In this document: positions 11,446-22,900 of the stretch, one piece after another
Position numbering within the stretch: the stretch's first letter is position 1
Layout: each line of letters opens with the position of its first letter
Notes under the pieces: generated by a model
The model's input: only the letters and a program-made list of their open reading frames with translations
The model's database searches: none
What the model was told of the DNA's origin: nothing
Position numbers and translations under genes: made by a program
Source: a virus
Length of the DNA: 64,000 bases
IMG/VR virus record: IMGVR_UViG_3300007708_000003
Location: 34,361 to 98,360 of that record
Reading direction: 5' to 3' (one strand)

Positions 11446-14055
11446 TTAATATTTTATTTGTTGTGCAGATGAGCTTTTTAAATAGGTAGCATTTGCATTT
11501 TGTATCATTGCAAGATATTGAGAAAAATCCATACTTATGCCATTTTCAATTTCTAATAGTTTTGATTTATCATCAATGCTCATTGGTATAAATCTTCCAG
11601 GACTGTTATTCCATGTATTATTAAAATGATTCTTTTTACCTATTGTAACATATACACCAGGCTTACCATCAACATCGTTTGTTCTTTGGATGTCATATTT
11701 GTATCCAAACTTCTCCATGTATGCAGGAGAACTAATGCTGCCATTAGGATTTTTATACAAGTCAACAGCTATACCTAATGATCTATTACTTATTGTATTT
11801 GCCATTATACCTGATTTTAATCTTTCAGATGGTATTGCAGATGCTTCATCATATGTCATTGTGAAAGTAACAGGACCTGACACACCAGATTTTTTGGTTT
11901 CACCTGCAGCAAGATTAGGTTTTAATGTAAAATTAACAGTTTTATCTACAGGGTTAAATGTTACTGTAGCATAGTCAGAAAATATTTTTCCTAGTTGTTC
12001 TTTTGACATTGTTGCAAGTCTTTCTGTAACACCTTGATTATCAGACTTTGATCTTATAACATTCATGATTTCAGAATCAGATAGCTTATTAAAAGTATAT
12101 TGTGTACTTGTAACAGCACCATTTTGAAATTGATTTGCTACTGTTGTAGATATAAATTTCTTAGCATCCTCACTAGCATTTGTAAAATCATATATAGGTT
12201 TACCTGCTGATGTTCTACCTGTTACTTTTACACCTTTAAATGTTGGATTAATATATCCATTGTTACCAGGTGATACAATGTCAGCTATGTTATTATATGA
12301 CTCTTCAAGAGTTTTATCAGTTGCTAATAATGTTCTTAAGTTAGATTGTATTTCTTGAAAAGGTTTTGAGTTAAGTATGTTACCTGCTTTAATGTGATCA
12401 TCTATAATATGAGAAGATGCTTTACCTATTGCACCTATTGAGATTTTCTTTAACAAACTTTGTGCAGATGTTGGATCATTAGGATTAAACTTAGCATCTT
12501 CAATTTCAAAGGTTTTAAACATACTATTTAAGTTCTTGCGATCTTCTTCATTAAATGTTGCTTTTTCATTTTTAGTAACATTTCTTAGTTTGTTAATTGT
12601 GTTAGTCATTTTATTGAACGTAGCAGCATCATACACCATACTTAGTATACCTCCTGCACCATAAGTATTATCCATAATACCTTCAGTAACTCTTTCTTTG
12701 CTTGCTTGTAAACTAGATATTGCTGGTAAATCAGTGCCTCCTACTTGACCTATATAGTTAGTAGTAGGTAGTTTTCCATCAGCAGTAAGTTTTAACATTG
12801 CAAGTTTACGATTCTCATCATCATTGTACATTTGATATTTAAACTTTCTTTCATTTAAATCTAATGTTCTACTAAACTGTGATTCAGATTGTGCCATTCT
12901 CCACTTGGTAAGTTGAACTTCATCAGCTTTCATTTCAACTTTTGCAGTTACTCCAGCTTGATTAACTGCCCATTCAGATGCAGCATTATGTTTATATTTA
13001 TCAGCAATAATGTTACCCATGTTTGATAAAACATATTCTACACCTTTAGTACTTAAATTAGATAAGTCTGTTTTAGATTTTGCAAGTTCATTTACATAGT
13101 TATTTCTTTCTGCAACAAGTTTATCATATGCAGGTTTGTTAACTATCTTACCACCATTTTTACCAGCAACTTGATGAAAGACATTCAATCGTAAATCATA
13201 ATCTTTTATTTTTTCATCAGACTGTTGACCTCTTATAGTAGCTTCATTAATAAGTGACTTTGTCATATCAGTAGCCATAAGTTGTGTAGCTTCAGTTCTT
13301 GATATGTTTCTTTGTGTCATTAAATTATTTACAGTTGACTCAGATTGAACTTTACCAACTTGATTAAAGTATCTATCATACTTTTTACCCATAGTAGTTA
13401 CTGCCCAGTTAGTAAAAGGATCTACAGCTATCTTACCATTTTTAAATGTTTTTAAATAACCATCACCCATTGCTTGTGTAATTTCTATATCAAGTCCTAT
13501 TTCTTTTGCAGCTTTATTTAATAGGTCAGCAGGATTTTCATAAGGTACAAACTCTCCAGGTTGTACTTGCATAATACTACCATCACCACGTTTAGCAGTT
13601 TTTAATTTTTGTGCTTGTTGTTGTATATCTAATTCTGAATACTCATTGTACATATTACGCACATCAGCATCAAAACTATTTTTCACAGAATCTAATCTGG
13701 ATGCAGCTTCTTGATTTTGTCTTGTTACAGACATGTCATATAATATCTCCTTATCATTTACAATAGGATCAAGTATACTCATTGCTTGAGCAACATTAGA
13801 TTGATTAGATAAATCTAAACCTGCAGTAGCTTTTAGATTGTCTTGTATTTTTTTAAAGATGTCTTGTCTAGTTTTTTGATTCTCACTATTTGTTAATGCA
13901 GAATTTAAAGCAGAACTTGCAAGAGTTTTAAATGCATTAAAACCCTTATCATATCTTGCTTGTCTTTGACCCATGGCTGTACTTAAAAAAGCAAAGTCTG
14001 GAGTATAAAGTTCTTGATCAAAAGTATCTGTTACGCCTTGTACAAAAGTAGCCAT
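11446..14055 (-). CDS. Putative virion cargo/ejection protein (869 aa)
   Basis: Long ORF within the cargo cluster; helical/coiled-coil character. Confidence 0.5.
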   Translation of the reverse strand: MATFVQGVTDTFDQELYTPDFAFLSTAMGQRQARYDKGFNAFKTLASSALNSALTNSENQKTRQDIFKKIQDNLKATAGLDLSNQSNVAQAMSILDPIVNDKEILYDMSVTRQNQEAASRLDSVKNSFDADVRNMYNEYSELDIQQQAQKLKTAKRGDGSIMQVQPGEFVPYENPADLLNKAAKEIGLDIEITQAMGDGYLKTFKNGKIAVDPFTNWAVTTMGKKYDRYFNQVGKVQSESTVNNLMTQRNISRTEATQLMATDMTKSLINEATIRGQQSDEKIKDYDLRLNVFHQVAGKNGGKIVNKPAYDKLVAERNNYVNELAKSKTDLSNLSTKGVEYVLSNMGNIIADKYKHNAASEWAVNQAGVTAKVEMKADEVQLTKWRMAQSESQFSRTLDLNERKFKYQMYNDDENRKLAMLKLTADGKLPTTNYIGQVGGTDLPAISSLQASKERVTEGIMDNTYGAGGILSMVYDAATFNKMTNTINKLRNVTKNEKATFNEEDRKNLNSMFKTFEIEDAKFNPNDPTSAQSLLKKISIGAIGKASSHIIDDHIKAGNILNSKPFQEIQSNLRTLLATDKTLEESYNNIADIVSPGNNGYINPTFKGVKVTGRTSAGKPIYDFTNASEDAKKFISTTVANQFQNGAVTSTQYTFNKLSDSEIMNVIRSKSDNQGVTERLATMSKEQLGKIFSDYATVTFNPVDKTVNFTLKPNLAAGETKKSGVSGPVTFTMTYDEASAIPSERLKSGIMANTISNRSLGIAVDLYKNPNGSISSPAYMEKFGYKYDIQRTNDVDGKPGVYVTIGKKNHFNNTWNNSPGRFIPMSIDDKSKLLEIENGISMDFSQYLAMIQNANATYLKSSSAQQIKY

Positions 14056-14070
14056 GTATTTATTTTTTTA

Positions 14071-17000
14071 TTAAAACATATTACCTAATCCTTCAGCCAT
14101 AGCTTGTCCAGGATTGTATGGATCATATGTATTATTTCTAGATTTTTTAGCCATAATTATTTTACTTGCAAGAGAATATGCTTGGTCTTTACTCAAACCA
14201 TTTTCTATACCTTTATTTGTAAAAGCAGATATTTGTTTCCAGTCATCATCATCCCAATCATCAGCATATCCTTTATTACCTTTAGCACTTGCTGCAGCTG
14301 TTAATGGATTTATGTAAGTATCAACTCCAAAAGGATTTCTACCTTCACCTGAATATCCAATATCACCATATACTCTATCAATACCAACTTGAGGGAACAT
14401 ATCTTCTAGAATATTACCTTTAAATGCATTACCCCATCCTTGATTAAATGCTTTTGTCATTCCTAACATTTTAGCATTTTCAGCATTAACACGTTGTTGA
14501 CCATAAATAGCATTCTCTTGATTAAATTTTGATCTAAGTTCTGCGTTTGCTAGTGCTTCTTGATTAGCTACACCAGAACCATAACGTGATGCCTCATTAG
14601 ATATACCAACATTAGCATTAGAGTATTTACCTTGTGTGTCAGTTACTTTATCTATTGCTTGCCCTTGTACACCAAGTCCTGCTCCAAATGCAACATTACC
14701 TGCCATTGTATTTGCAGCTTGGTTACTTAACATATTACCTGTAGATTGTATTTTAGCAATCTCACCTTCAGGACTTAATAAGTTATAAGGACCTGTTTGA
14801 AAATCAACTTGTTGTAGTGTAGGTGGAAAATTACCTATTTTTCTACCAAAAGCATTTGCAAGATTTAATACATCAGGTGTAAACCATCCTCTTGTTTTAT
14901 TTACAATAGAAGGAGTTATAGTTTTTTCCTGTACATCCACAGTTGTATTTATTGAAGCAGGAGTTGTTGTTTGTGCAACTTGTGCAGGAGCTTTTTTAAA
15001 TTTTTTAAGAGTAAAAACATCTTGTCCTGGTACATATGCATCTTCTTGAGTAACATCAACTTGAGGTCCAAAACCTGCAGCAACAGAATATTCATTTGCT
15101 TTATCAACTAAATATTTAGAAGCAGGTCCTTCTTGACCTTTTTGACTAATAAAATCTTTTCTCCATGCCTCAACACCTTTACCTGATGGTCCATTGTATT
15201 GTTCTAACTCATCTTTCCAATTATTAATAGTCTCATCTAAACCTTGTTTTCCTACAGGAAATTGTTTGCTTTCATAATACCCTGATTCAGGATTCCAAGT
15301 AAAACCAGTTTTAGATGTTTGCTCAGGTATATAACTTACATTAGGTGCATATTTATTGCCTATAATTTCATAGCCTGCAGCTGCTGCTTTATCTAAAAGT
15401 TCTTTATCTCTTACATTGTATGTAGTACCTGCTTTATATGGTGTACCAACAGGCTTACCTTGTGCATCATAATTTTGATACATACCTGTAGCAGAATTAA
15501 ATCTTGGTGTACCACCTACTTGCATTTTATATATTGAACCACCATATGCTTTTTGTTCTTCACCAGAAGTATCAATTATAAAAGGTGATAAAGATGTATC
15601 TGTTTTTAAAGAAGAAGTTTGTTTTTTTACTACAGAAGCAGGTTTTGATTCAGCAGGTTTTGGTTTACCAACCTCTTTACTTTTTACTTGTTCATCAACT
15701 CCCATACTATTTGTTGTAGTTGAATCATTTCCTGTAACAGTCCACTCACCTGTTGTAGGTGTACCACCAGGATTGATATCTGCTGCTTCAGGATATTTAG
15801 TTAAGTTTTTAGCAAATCCTGCATCAAACTTTTCTTTTAACTCATCTAATCTTAATTCTTCTACTTGTCCTGTAGTTAAGTTTTTAGCACGTATCTTTTC
15901 ATTATACAAATCAGAAGGAACACCTAAAAATCTTTCAGGTGCTAATAATGGATTATTTTCACCAACACCATATTGTGTATCAATTACTTTAAACCTACCA
16001 TTTGGTAATTCTAATATATCATTTTGATCTATTGCAATATTGTTATCTCTAGAACCATAGTATCTTGTAGGTTGAGAAGTTGGTACAGTTGAAAAGTTAT
16101 AAGCTCTATTATTATCAGCTGTCCACCATGAACTTGCTGTTCTACCATGTTTTCTAAGTACAGGTGCATTACCTGTTTCAGGATCTAATTTTCTTAATGC
16201 TTTAAACTCATCAAAAGTTAAATAATACTTTTTATTTTTATTATCATAATCAGTAGTTCCTTGTGGACTAAAATAAATACCTTGAGGATCATTTAACCAG
16301 TTAGGCAACCAGTCACCTGTAGATGACATTTCTATATCACTTACTTTAATAGGTTGACCATTTACATAATATACATCTCCTATTTTAGGAATAGCACTTA
16401 ATTTTTGTTGTCTTATAACAACTTCATCTAATGGTATAGTACCTGGTGCTGTGTACATAGTGTCTTCTGAAAAGTTCCAATTTGGTTCAGCTTTAGTTGT
16501 TGCTGTTTTATCTTTAGCAGTTTCTGCACTTTCTTTATCAGTAGGTATAATAGTAGGTATTGGTGGGATAGGTAAAGGAACACCAAATTGTGCTTTAGGT
16601 AATTGTGTACCACCATAACGTCTAGTTAGTGTATGATCATATTGGTTTAGCAATTCTTTAGAAGCAGGTAAATTTATATAGTTACCTTGTGCATCTTTAG
16701 TACCTTGTCTATCTATATTATTTGCAGAATAAACTTCTGGTACATTAAAACCTTTATTTTGATTTTGTTTATAATATTTCATAGCAGTTGCTAATCTTTC
16801 ATCTGCAGTATATTTTGTTTTATTAGATGTTACACTATTATAATTATCATCATTTATTTCTGTTAATATGTCATAATCATTTTTGTTCATCAAAGTGTGT
16901 TGTCCTTTACTATCACCATCACCTCTCCAGTTATTATTTTCTATTGAATATCTATATTCAGCAGGTGTTTGAAAGTTTGGAACTTGTCTATTTAAGTTTG

Positions 17001-17787
17001 TATCAAAATGAGTTTCTCCAGGTTTAATTACATTTTTAAAAAATGGATCAGATAAATCAGCATCTGAATTATTTTGTAAATATGTTGCTGCATATGTATC
17101 TTTTACCTCACCTTTAGTTTGATACTTAGTAAGACCACCATATCTTGCTTGAGGTTGTCCTTGTTGTTCTTCTTCTTGTTGTTCAGCAGAACCACCACCC
17201 ATCATGCCTTCCATAACAGATTCTGCAATAGCAGGTACACCATCAGGAAATCCTTTCATTGATTCTTGTACAAGTGCAAGCATTCCTAATTTTTTAAGAT
17301 TGCTGTCTAACATTACTTGTGCTGTTTCTTTAGAGTACTTATCTTTAGTATCATCTTTAAGAATAGCCATGTAATCATTTACTTGATATTTCTTTGCTAT
17401 TTCTGCAGGAGTATAACCTTTTTTATTAGCAGACATACCAAACATTTTAAGAATCTCAGGATCTTTAATTTTAAGTTTATCTGTATCAGAAAATATAAAG
17501 GAACCTTCAGGTACATTAAGAGGAACTCCACCTTTAGAGTGACGTTTACCTACAATAGTTTGATGCTCTAAAAATCCATCATTGTTTGTATCACCTATAA
17601 TAGTTTCTCCACCTTCAGCTTCAATGTTAGCTTTATCACGTGGTACTGCACTTATAGTATTCTTTACATCACTTTGTACTTGAGTATCTGGTTTTAAAAA
17701 TAAAGTGTTTCTATCAACTAAACTATAATCTAATTGTTGACCAGTTTTTGCTCTATTGGGTACTGACTTAATCTTGATATTGTACAT
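14071..17787 (-). CDS. Putative crAss-type cargo protein (1238 aa)
   Basis: N-terminal NIEAEGGET..GKRHSKGGVP..FIFSD motif that I recognise from crAss-like virion proteins; repeated xxGG motifs. Confidence 0.55.
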   Translation of the reverse strand: MYNIKIKSVPNRAKTGQQLDYSLVDRNTLFLKPDTQVQSDVKNTISAVPRDKANIEAEGGETIIGDTNNDGFLEHQTIVGKRHSKGGVPLNVPEGSFIFSDTDKLKIKDPEILKMFGMSANKKGYTPAEIAKKYQVNDYMAILKDDTKDKYSKETAQVMLDSNLKKLGMLALVQESMKGFPDGVPAIAESVMEGMMGGGSAEQQEEEQQGQPQARYGGLTKYQTKGEVKDTYAATYLQNNSDADLSDPFFKNVIKPGETHFDTNLNRQVPNFQTPAEYRYSIENNNWRGDGDSKGQHTLMNKNDYDILTEINDDNYNSVTSNKTKYTADERLATAMKYYKQNQNKGFNVPEVYSANNIDRQGTKDAQGNYINLPASKELLNQYDHTLTRRYGGTQLPKAQFGVPLPIPPIPTIIPTDKESAETAKDKTATTKAEPNWNFSEDTMYTAPGTIPLDEVVIRQQKLSAIPKIGDVYYVNGQPIKVSDIEMSSTGDWLPNWLNDPQGIYFSPQGTTDYDNKNKKYYLTFDEFKALRKLDPETGNAPVLRKHGRTASSWWTADNNRAYNFSTVPTSQPTRYYGSRDNNIAIDQNDILELPNGRFKVIDTQYGVGENNPLLAPERFLGVPSDLYNEKIRAKNLTTGQVEELRLDELKEKFDAGFAKNLTKYPEAADINPGGTPTTGEWTVTGNDSTTTNSMGVDEQVKSKEVGKPKPAESKPASVVKKQTSSLKTDTSLSPFIIDTSGEEQKAYGGSIYKMQVGGTPRFNSATGMYQNYDAQGKPVGTPYKAGTTYNVRDKELLDKAAAAGYEIIGNKYAPNVSYIPEQTSKTGFTWNPESGYYESKQFPVGKQGLDETINNWKDELEQYNGPSGKGVEAWRKDFISQKGQEGPASKYLVDKANEYSVAAGFGPQVDVTQEDAYVPGQDVFTLKKFKKAPAQVAQTTTPASINTTVDVQEKTITPSIVNKTRGWFTPDVLNLANAFGRKIGNFPPTLQQVDFQTGPYNLLSPEGEIAKIQSTGNMLSNQAANTMAGNVAFGAGLGVQGQAIDKVTDTQGKYSNANVGISNEASRYGSGVANQEALANAELRSKFNQENAIYGQQRVNAENAKMLGMTKAFNQGWGNAFKGNILEDMFPQVGIDRVYGDIGYSGEGRNPFGVDTYINPLTAAASAKGNKGYADDWDDDDWKQISAFTNKGIENGLSKDQAYSLASKIIMAKKSRNNTYDPYNPGQAMAEGLGNMF

Positions 17788-17839
17788 AAACTTCTAAAGT
17801 TTAAAGGTTTGATATTAAACATCTTACATTTAGAAGATA

Positions 17840-17847
17840 CAAATATA
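17840..17847 (-). promoter_or_regulatory. Bacteroidota sigma-A -7 element (TATATTTG)
   Basis: Matches TAnnTTTG in the intergenic gap upstream of the 17787 start. Confidence 0.5.
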
Positions 17848-17869
17848 AGTTGTTTTTTCCAATTATATA

Positions 17870-19936
17870 TTATAAAAATTCAATTTCTGCTCCATCACGT
17901 AAGAGCTGTAGTAACTGTTCATGTGATACTTTGTATTGTCCACCTGCAGCAAAATTCATTTGACCTCCTGCTTTAGCAATAACATTTCCTCTAGTACCAT
18001 AATCTTGTATTGCAGTATATCTATTAGGAATATAATCATTACCACCACCTTGAACATTTGGTGTATATATACCTGTAGTATTTACAGGATTATATACCAT
18101 ACTTGCTTCACGTTGTTGATTAACTTGTGCTTTACTCATTGCTTTTGGACCACGTTCTCCTAATGAATTATTGAAAATTGATAAACCTAATAATGCATTA
18201 TTAGCCATTTGTCTACCTGATACATTGTTAACAGTTTTTTTATTTACTTTTTTATTATATGTTTCAGGAGAATTTTGAGGAAATGCATATCCATCATACA
18301 TACCTTTTTTATTTGCTACTTGCTCATCTGTAAGAGATATAGTATTTTGTCCTGCTGCACCTAAAGCTTGTTGATCATTATATGATTTTATACTAGCTGC
18401 AGTTGGTGCATTTGGATCATTACGATCATATCTAGTATTATCAGCTCCACCATATCCTTCTTGTCCTACACCCATTCCTTCTACAAAACCAGGAGTTGAA
18501 TAAACACTTGTATATCTATCACGTATAGGTTGTCCATTAGTATATCCTCTTGTATCTGCAAAGTTAGCAGTCTGTCCAAATCTAGGTTGTTGTAAACCAT
18601 AAGGATCATTAAAATCAAATCCTGGAGGTATACCTACTTGTGCTAATGGTAATCCACCATATTCCATATTAGCAATAATTTTTTCTTGTACATAATCTGG
18701 TAATGCTTTAAATCCTGGATTATTAATTCCTCCACCTTCAGCTTTCATATCATATGGAACACCTTTCCAACTTTGCATTTGTTGTTCTTGTTGTGATAAA
18801 TCTTCAAATCTTTGAGGACCAACTCTTGGAGATGAAGTCATTGGATTTATATTTGACGTTACATTACCTGTAACACTATATGATGTAGCAGGTTTATTTT
18901 TTTTACCAAACACAGCATTTGCTGCACCTTTGTATCCTTGAAAAGCACCAGCTAACCCACTTGCTAAACTTGCTATACCAGCTATTTGTTTTAATGGTTT
19001 AATATTAGTAGCTGCCATAGCTGCTGCAGGCATACTTAACATATTAATATCTGTCATTGCATTATTAAATGCATCTTGTGGTAAGAAATCAGCATAATAT
19101 TTTTTATCAGCATATATACCACCATAAGGATATTTAGCAATACCTCCATATTTCATTCCTTGTTGAGCAGGTTCTTCCATACCTTGCTCTTGCATTTGCT
19201 CTTGTGGAACTTCTTGTTCTTGTCCACCACCCATTTGTTGCATTACTTCTTGAACTACTGGAACTACTTGTTCTTGAGGCATACCAAGTTGTACAAATAT
19301 TTCTACAATCATTTGTGGATCTATTTGTAATTGTAATAACTGAGCTATAACTTCTTGAGGTTGAGCACCTTGCTGTAGCATTTGTTGTATTTGCTGAATC
19401 AGCTGTTCTATATCACCACCTTGTTGTTGTGGAGCTTGTTGCATTTGAGATGGATCACCACCCATTTGCATAGCAGGTTGTTGAGATACAGTCTGAACTT
19501 GTTTTACAATTTCTTGCATAGCTGCTTGTTGTTGCTCAGGTTTCATTTGTTGTAATTGCCCCATAAGTTCTTGATAAACTTTATTTGGATCTTCACCTGA
19601 TTGTTGTGCAACCATTTGTGCATATGTTTGAATCATCTGCATCATTTGTTGATTACCTTGATCACCTTGTGCAACACCACCTTCTTGTTTAGCAAAGTTT
19701 TTAGCAAAGTTTGCTTTCTTTACCATAGTAGAAGAATAGTCATCTTTGTTTGCTAATATATGTGAAGCAGCTTCTTGTACTCCCATGTTCATGCGAGTTG
19801 CTTGAGCTTTAAAAGTTCCTTTTTTAGATGGATCAATATGTATACCGCCACCTGCTGCATATTCATATACATCATGAATAGTTGCTGGTACATAACCATT
19901 CATAAATTCCATTTGTGCTTTTGTGAGTCTATCCAT
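17870..19936 (-). CDS. Gln/Met-rich putative internal virion protein (688 aa)
   Basis: N-terminal GGIHIDPSKKGTF..KKANFAKNF motif typical of crAss-like virion proteins; Q-rich helical repeats; many xxGG motifs. Confidence 0.5.
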   Translation of the reverse strand: MDRLTKAQMEFMNGYVPATIHDVYEYAAGGGIHIDPSKKGTFKAQATRMNMGVQEAASHILANKDDYSSTMVKKANFAKNFAKQEGGVAQGDQGNQQMMQMIQTYAQMVAQQSGEDPNKVYQELMGQLQQMKPEQQQAAMQEIVKQVQTVSQQPAMQMGGDPSQMQQAPQQQGGDIEQLIQQIQQMLQQGAQPQEVIAQLLQLQIDPQMIVEIFVQLGMPQEQVVPVVQEVMQQMGGGQEQEVPQEQMQEQGMEEPAQQGMKYGGIAKYPYGGIYADKKYYADFLPQDAFNNAMTDINMLSMPAAAMAATNIKPLKQIAGIASLASGLAGAFQGYKGAANAVFGKKNKPATSYSVTGNVTSNINPMTSSPRVGPQRFEDLSQQEQQMQSWKGVPYDMKAEGGGINNPGFKALPDYVQEKIIANMEYGGLPLAQVGIPPGFDFNDPYGLQQPRFGQTANFADTRGYTNGQPIRDRYTSVYSTPGFVEGMGVGQEGYGGADNTRYDRNDPNAPTAASIKSYNDQQALGAAGQNTISLTDEQVANKKGMYDGYAFPQNSPETYNKKVNKKTVNNVSGRQMANNALLGLSIFNNSLGERGPKAMSKAQVNQQREASMVYNPVNTTGIYTPNVQGGGNDYIPNRYTAIQDYGTRGNVIAKAGGQMNFAAGGQYKVSHEQLLQLLRDGAEIEFL

Positions 19937-19995
19937 AATTGTAAGTTTTTGATACTAGTATCATTATAATTTAGTGATTTTTATTGAGATATGCA

Positions 19996-22900
19996 TTATG
20001 AACTAAGCCAACTTAGTGCTTTCTTTTGTTTTCCTACAGTGCCACCTTGTTTTTCTTTTGATAATCCAACTGCTGTTGCACCTGTTGCTAATCCAACTGG
20101 TAATATTGCAGGAAGTTTATTAAAAGCATCTGATAAGAATTTTAAAGTTTGTGGTGAATCATTAGCAAAATCAAATATTCTATGATATGATTGTTCAGTA
20201 TAAGGATTTTTATAAGGTTGAGTTTTAAAATGTTTCATTGCATCAAAAACTTTTTTAGGAGTAATTGGCTCATAAATATCTTTTATCAATCCTCTTTCTA
20301 ACATCGCTCTTCTTGCTTCTGCTAAAAATGATGATGGCTCTTTTGATGGTATACCATGTTTACTTTTTCTAAAATAGTTATATGCTTTATTTGTTTTTTC
20401 TGAAAAGTCTTTTAATAAATTTTGTGAGTTATTAAAGTATTTTCTAAGCATATCATCTAATGCAGTATTTCTACTGTTTTGCAAAGCATGATTTATTTCA
20501 TGGTCATAAACAGGCATACCTTCTGCATACTCTCTACCAATAGCAATTTCACCTGGCATTTCAACACCATAGAATTCTTTTGCAAAAATATTATTTCTTA
20601 ATTCTGCAGGTGAGTTAGCTTTAGATAAATCAATAACACTATCTGAAAAATTGCTTGATCCTAGACCTGGTCTAAAGAATGCATTGTTTCTAGGTATTCC
20701 AAATTTTTGAGGTGTTAATGCAGAATTTAATTTTTTTGCTTCAAGATAATTTGCATTAAAGTTTCCTTGTAAAGCTGTTTGATATAATTCTGATATTCTT
20801 GTTTGTGCATTACTGATAGCTTTGTTTTCTAAATCTACCATTCCTGGAAAATCTCTTTTTAACATTTCAGCTTCTTGTGCAACTAATCTATTAAATCCTT
20901 CAGGAGATTCAAGTTGAGTTATCTTTTTTAATAATTCTTTATCTAGATTTTCAGCACCAATAGTTATTAATTTTTTATTTCTATTTTTAAAAGTTGCTGC
21001 AAGATCTTTTATAGGATTAGCATAATCAATTGCAGCATTTTCAACTTTACTTGTAGCAGATAATCCTTTACCTATAGTTTTAGCAGCAGGTCCAGCAATA
21101 GGTGCTATTTCTAAAATATCCATACCTAAAGAACCTGCATTACTCCAACTAGGATTTTTATACATCTCTGCAGCATCAGGTCCAACATTAGCCAAACCAT
21201 GTCCTGCAAATCCTGCTGTAATAGCATTACCAACAGTTGCTCCAGGAACAGCTGCCATACCAGGTAGTTGAGTTGCTAATGCACCTGTAATATATGGTGC
21301 AGCTGCAGCACCTGCTGCTTCTAAACCAAGAAGACCTAATCCTCCAGTAGCTATAACACCTGGTGCATACCATAAAGGATTTTTATATACTTCATCCCAT
21401 TGATCTCTAACTACTGCTTTTCTACGTTTTGTATTTACTTCATTGATAATATCTTGTTGCCATTCAGGTAATTTTTCAATTTGTGCATCTTGAGATTTAG
21501 TTGTAAATCCTTGAGGTGCATGTAAATCATCAAATATTCTGCTTCCTATAAACTGATCTTTTTTACTTAATCCCTTTACAGGTTTCTTTAAAGGAAAAGT
21601 TCCTCCTGTTGTAGGATCAAAACCAAACTTACCTGAATCAATTTGTTTATTAATCCAATCATCTGCTCTAACATCGCCTGTAAAAGAAATTCTGTTACCA
21701 CCTTTAGTAGTAGATGTTATGTATCCTTCAGGAGTTAAAGTATTACCTAACCATTTTTTTACAGGACCTGCATTTTGATATTTGGTAAGACCTCCATCTT
21801 CATATTGTATAGAGTTTAATTGAGGTTTTATATAATCAATAATAGGATCTATAGTGTTTTTATTTAACCATTTTACATTGCGTTTAGCACCTTCACTTCC
21901 ATTAGCAATATAACCTGCAGCAGCTAAAGGACCTGCATAACTTGCATATTTTTCAACTAATGATTGAACATGAGGTAATTGTGTTGCAAGTTGAAATTTA
22001 CCATCTATTAATTTTTGTTTATCTACTTTTACATATCTTGTTGAAAAAGGTAGTCTTCTATTAAAAGAAAGTCCTGGGTCTGTTAATGGTATATCTACAT
22101 TATTATCTATCATTCTATATACTGTTCCATTCCTTGTACTACCCATGTCTACTTCTTTTATTTTAGAACCTATAACATTAGGATTCATAGTTGCTTCAAA
22201 AACACCACTGTATGCTTCATCAGGAGCACCTGTTGCTGCCCAGTTACCTTCACTGATGATTTGATCTCTACCCATAGAAAATTTTCCACTTCCTTTTGGA
22301 CTTAATGCTTGTCTATCAATAACATCTTGTAGTGAGTTTCCAAATTTTCTAAAACCTATTGCTGGAGAATTAGAATTCATAGGGTTAATTCCTTTTTTAA
22401 CAAGTGGTCCACTTGAATTAAAAAGTTGTGATTCACCAGGATAACCATATAGTTCTCCTTTTGATGATATTTTTTTTCCATATCCAGGAAGCCAGTTCAA
22501 AGGACTTAATGAATTCCAACCACCAGCATTATTTCCCATAACTATAGCTTGTGGTTGTAAGTTCATTGGAACAACATCATCAATAATTTTTACAGGATTG
22601 GGAAATCTTTGTGTAGCTAATGCTTCTCTTAACTCAGGAGCTATACTTGTTGGTATATTTTTTAATTTAGAAAGAGCTTGTGCTTTTGTTAATCTACCTA
22701 ATGATGTTAAATTACCTGCTCCAATTAAATTTGTAGGATCAGTTATAGCATTAACAGCAAACGCTCCATAAGGATTTTGTATATCCATTGCTTCAGAAGG
22801 TCTTTGCATTTCTCCTGTTAAACCTTTCATCATTGCTAATTGTGGAAAACTTGTTATAGCAGAAATAGGTGTACCAATAATAGCACCTAATACTCCAGCA

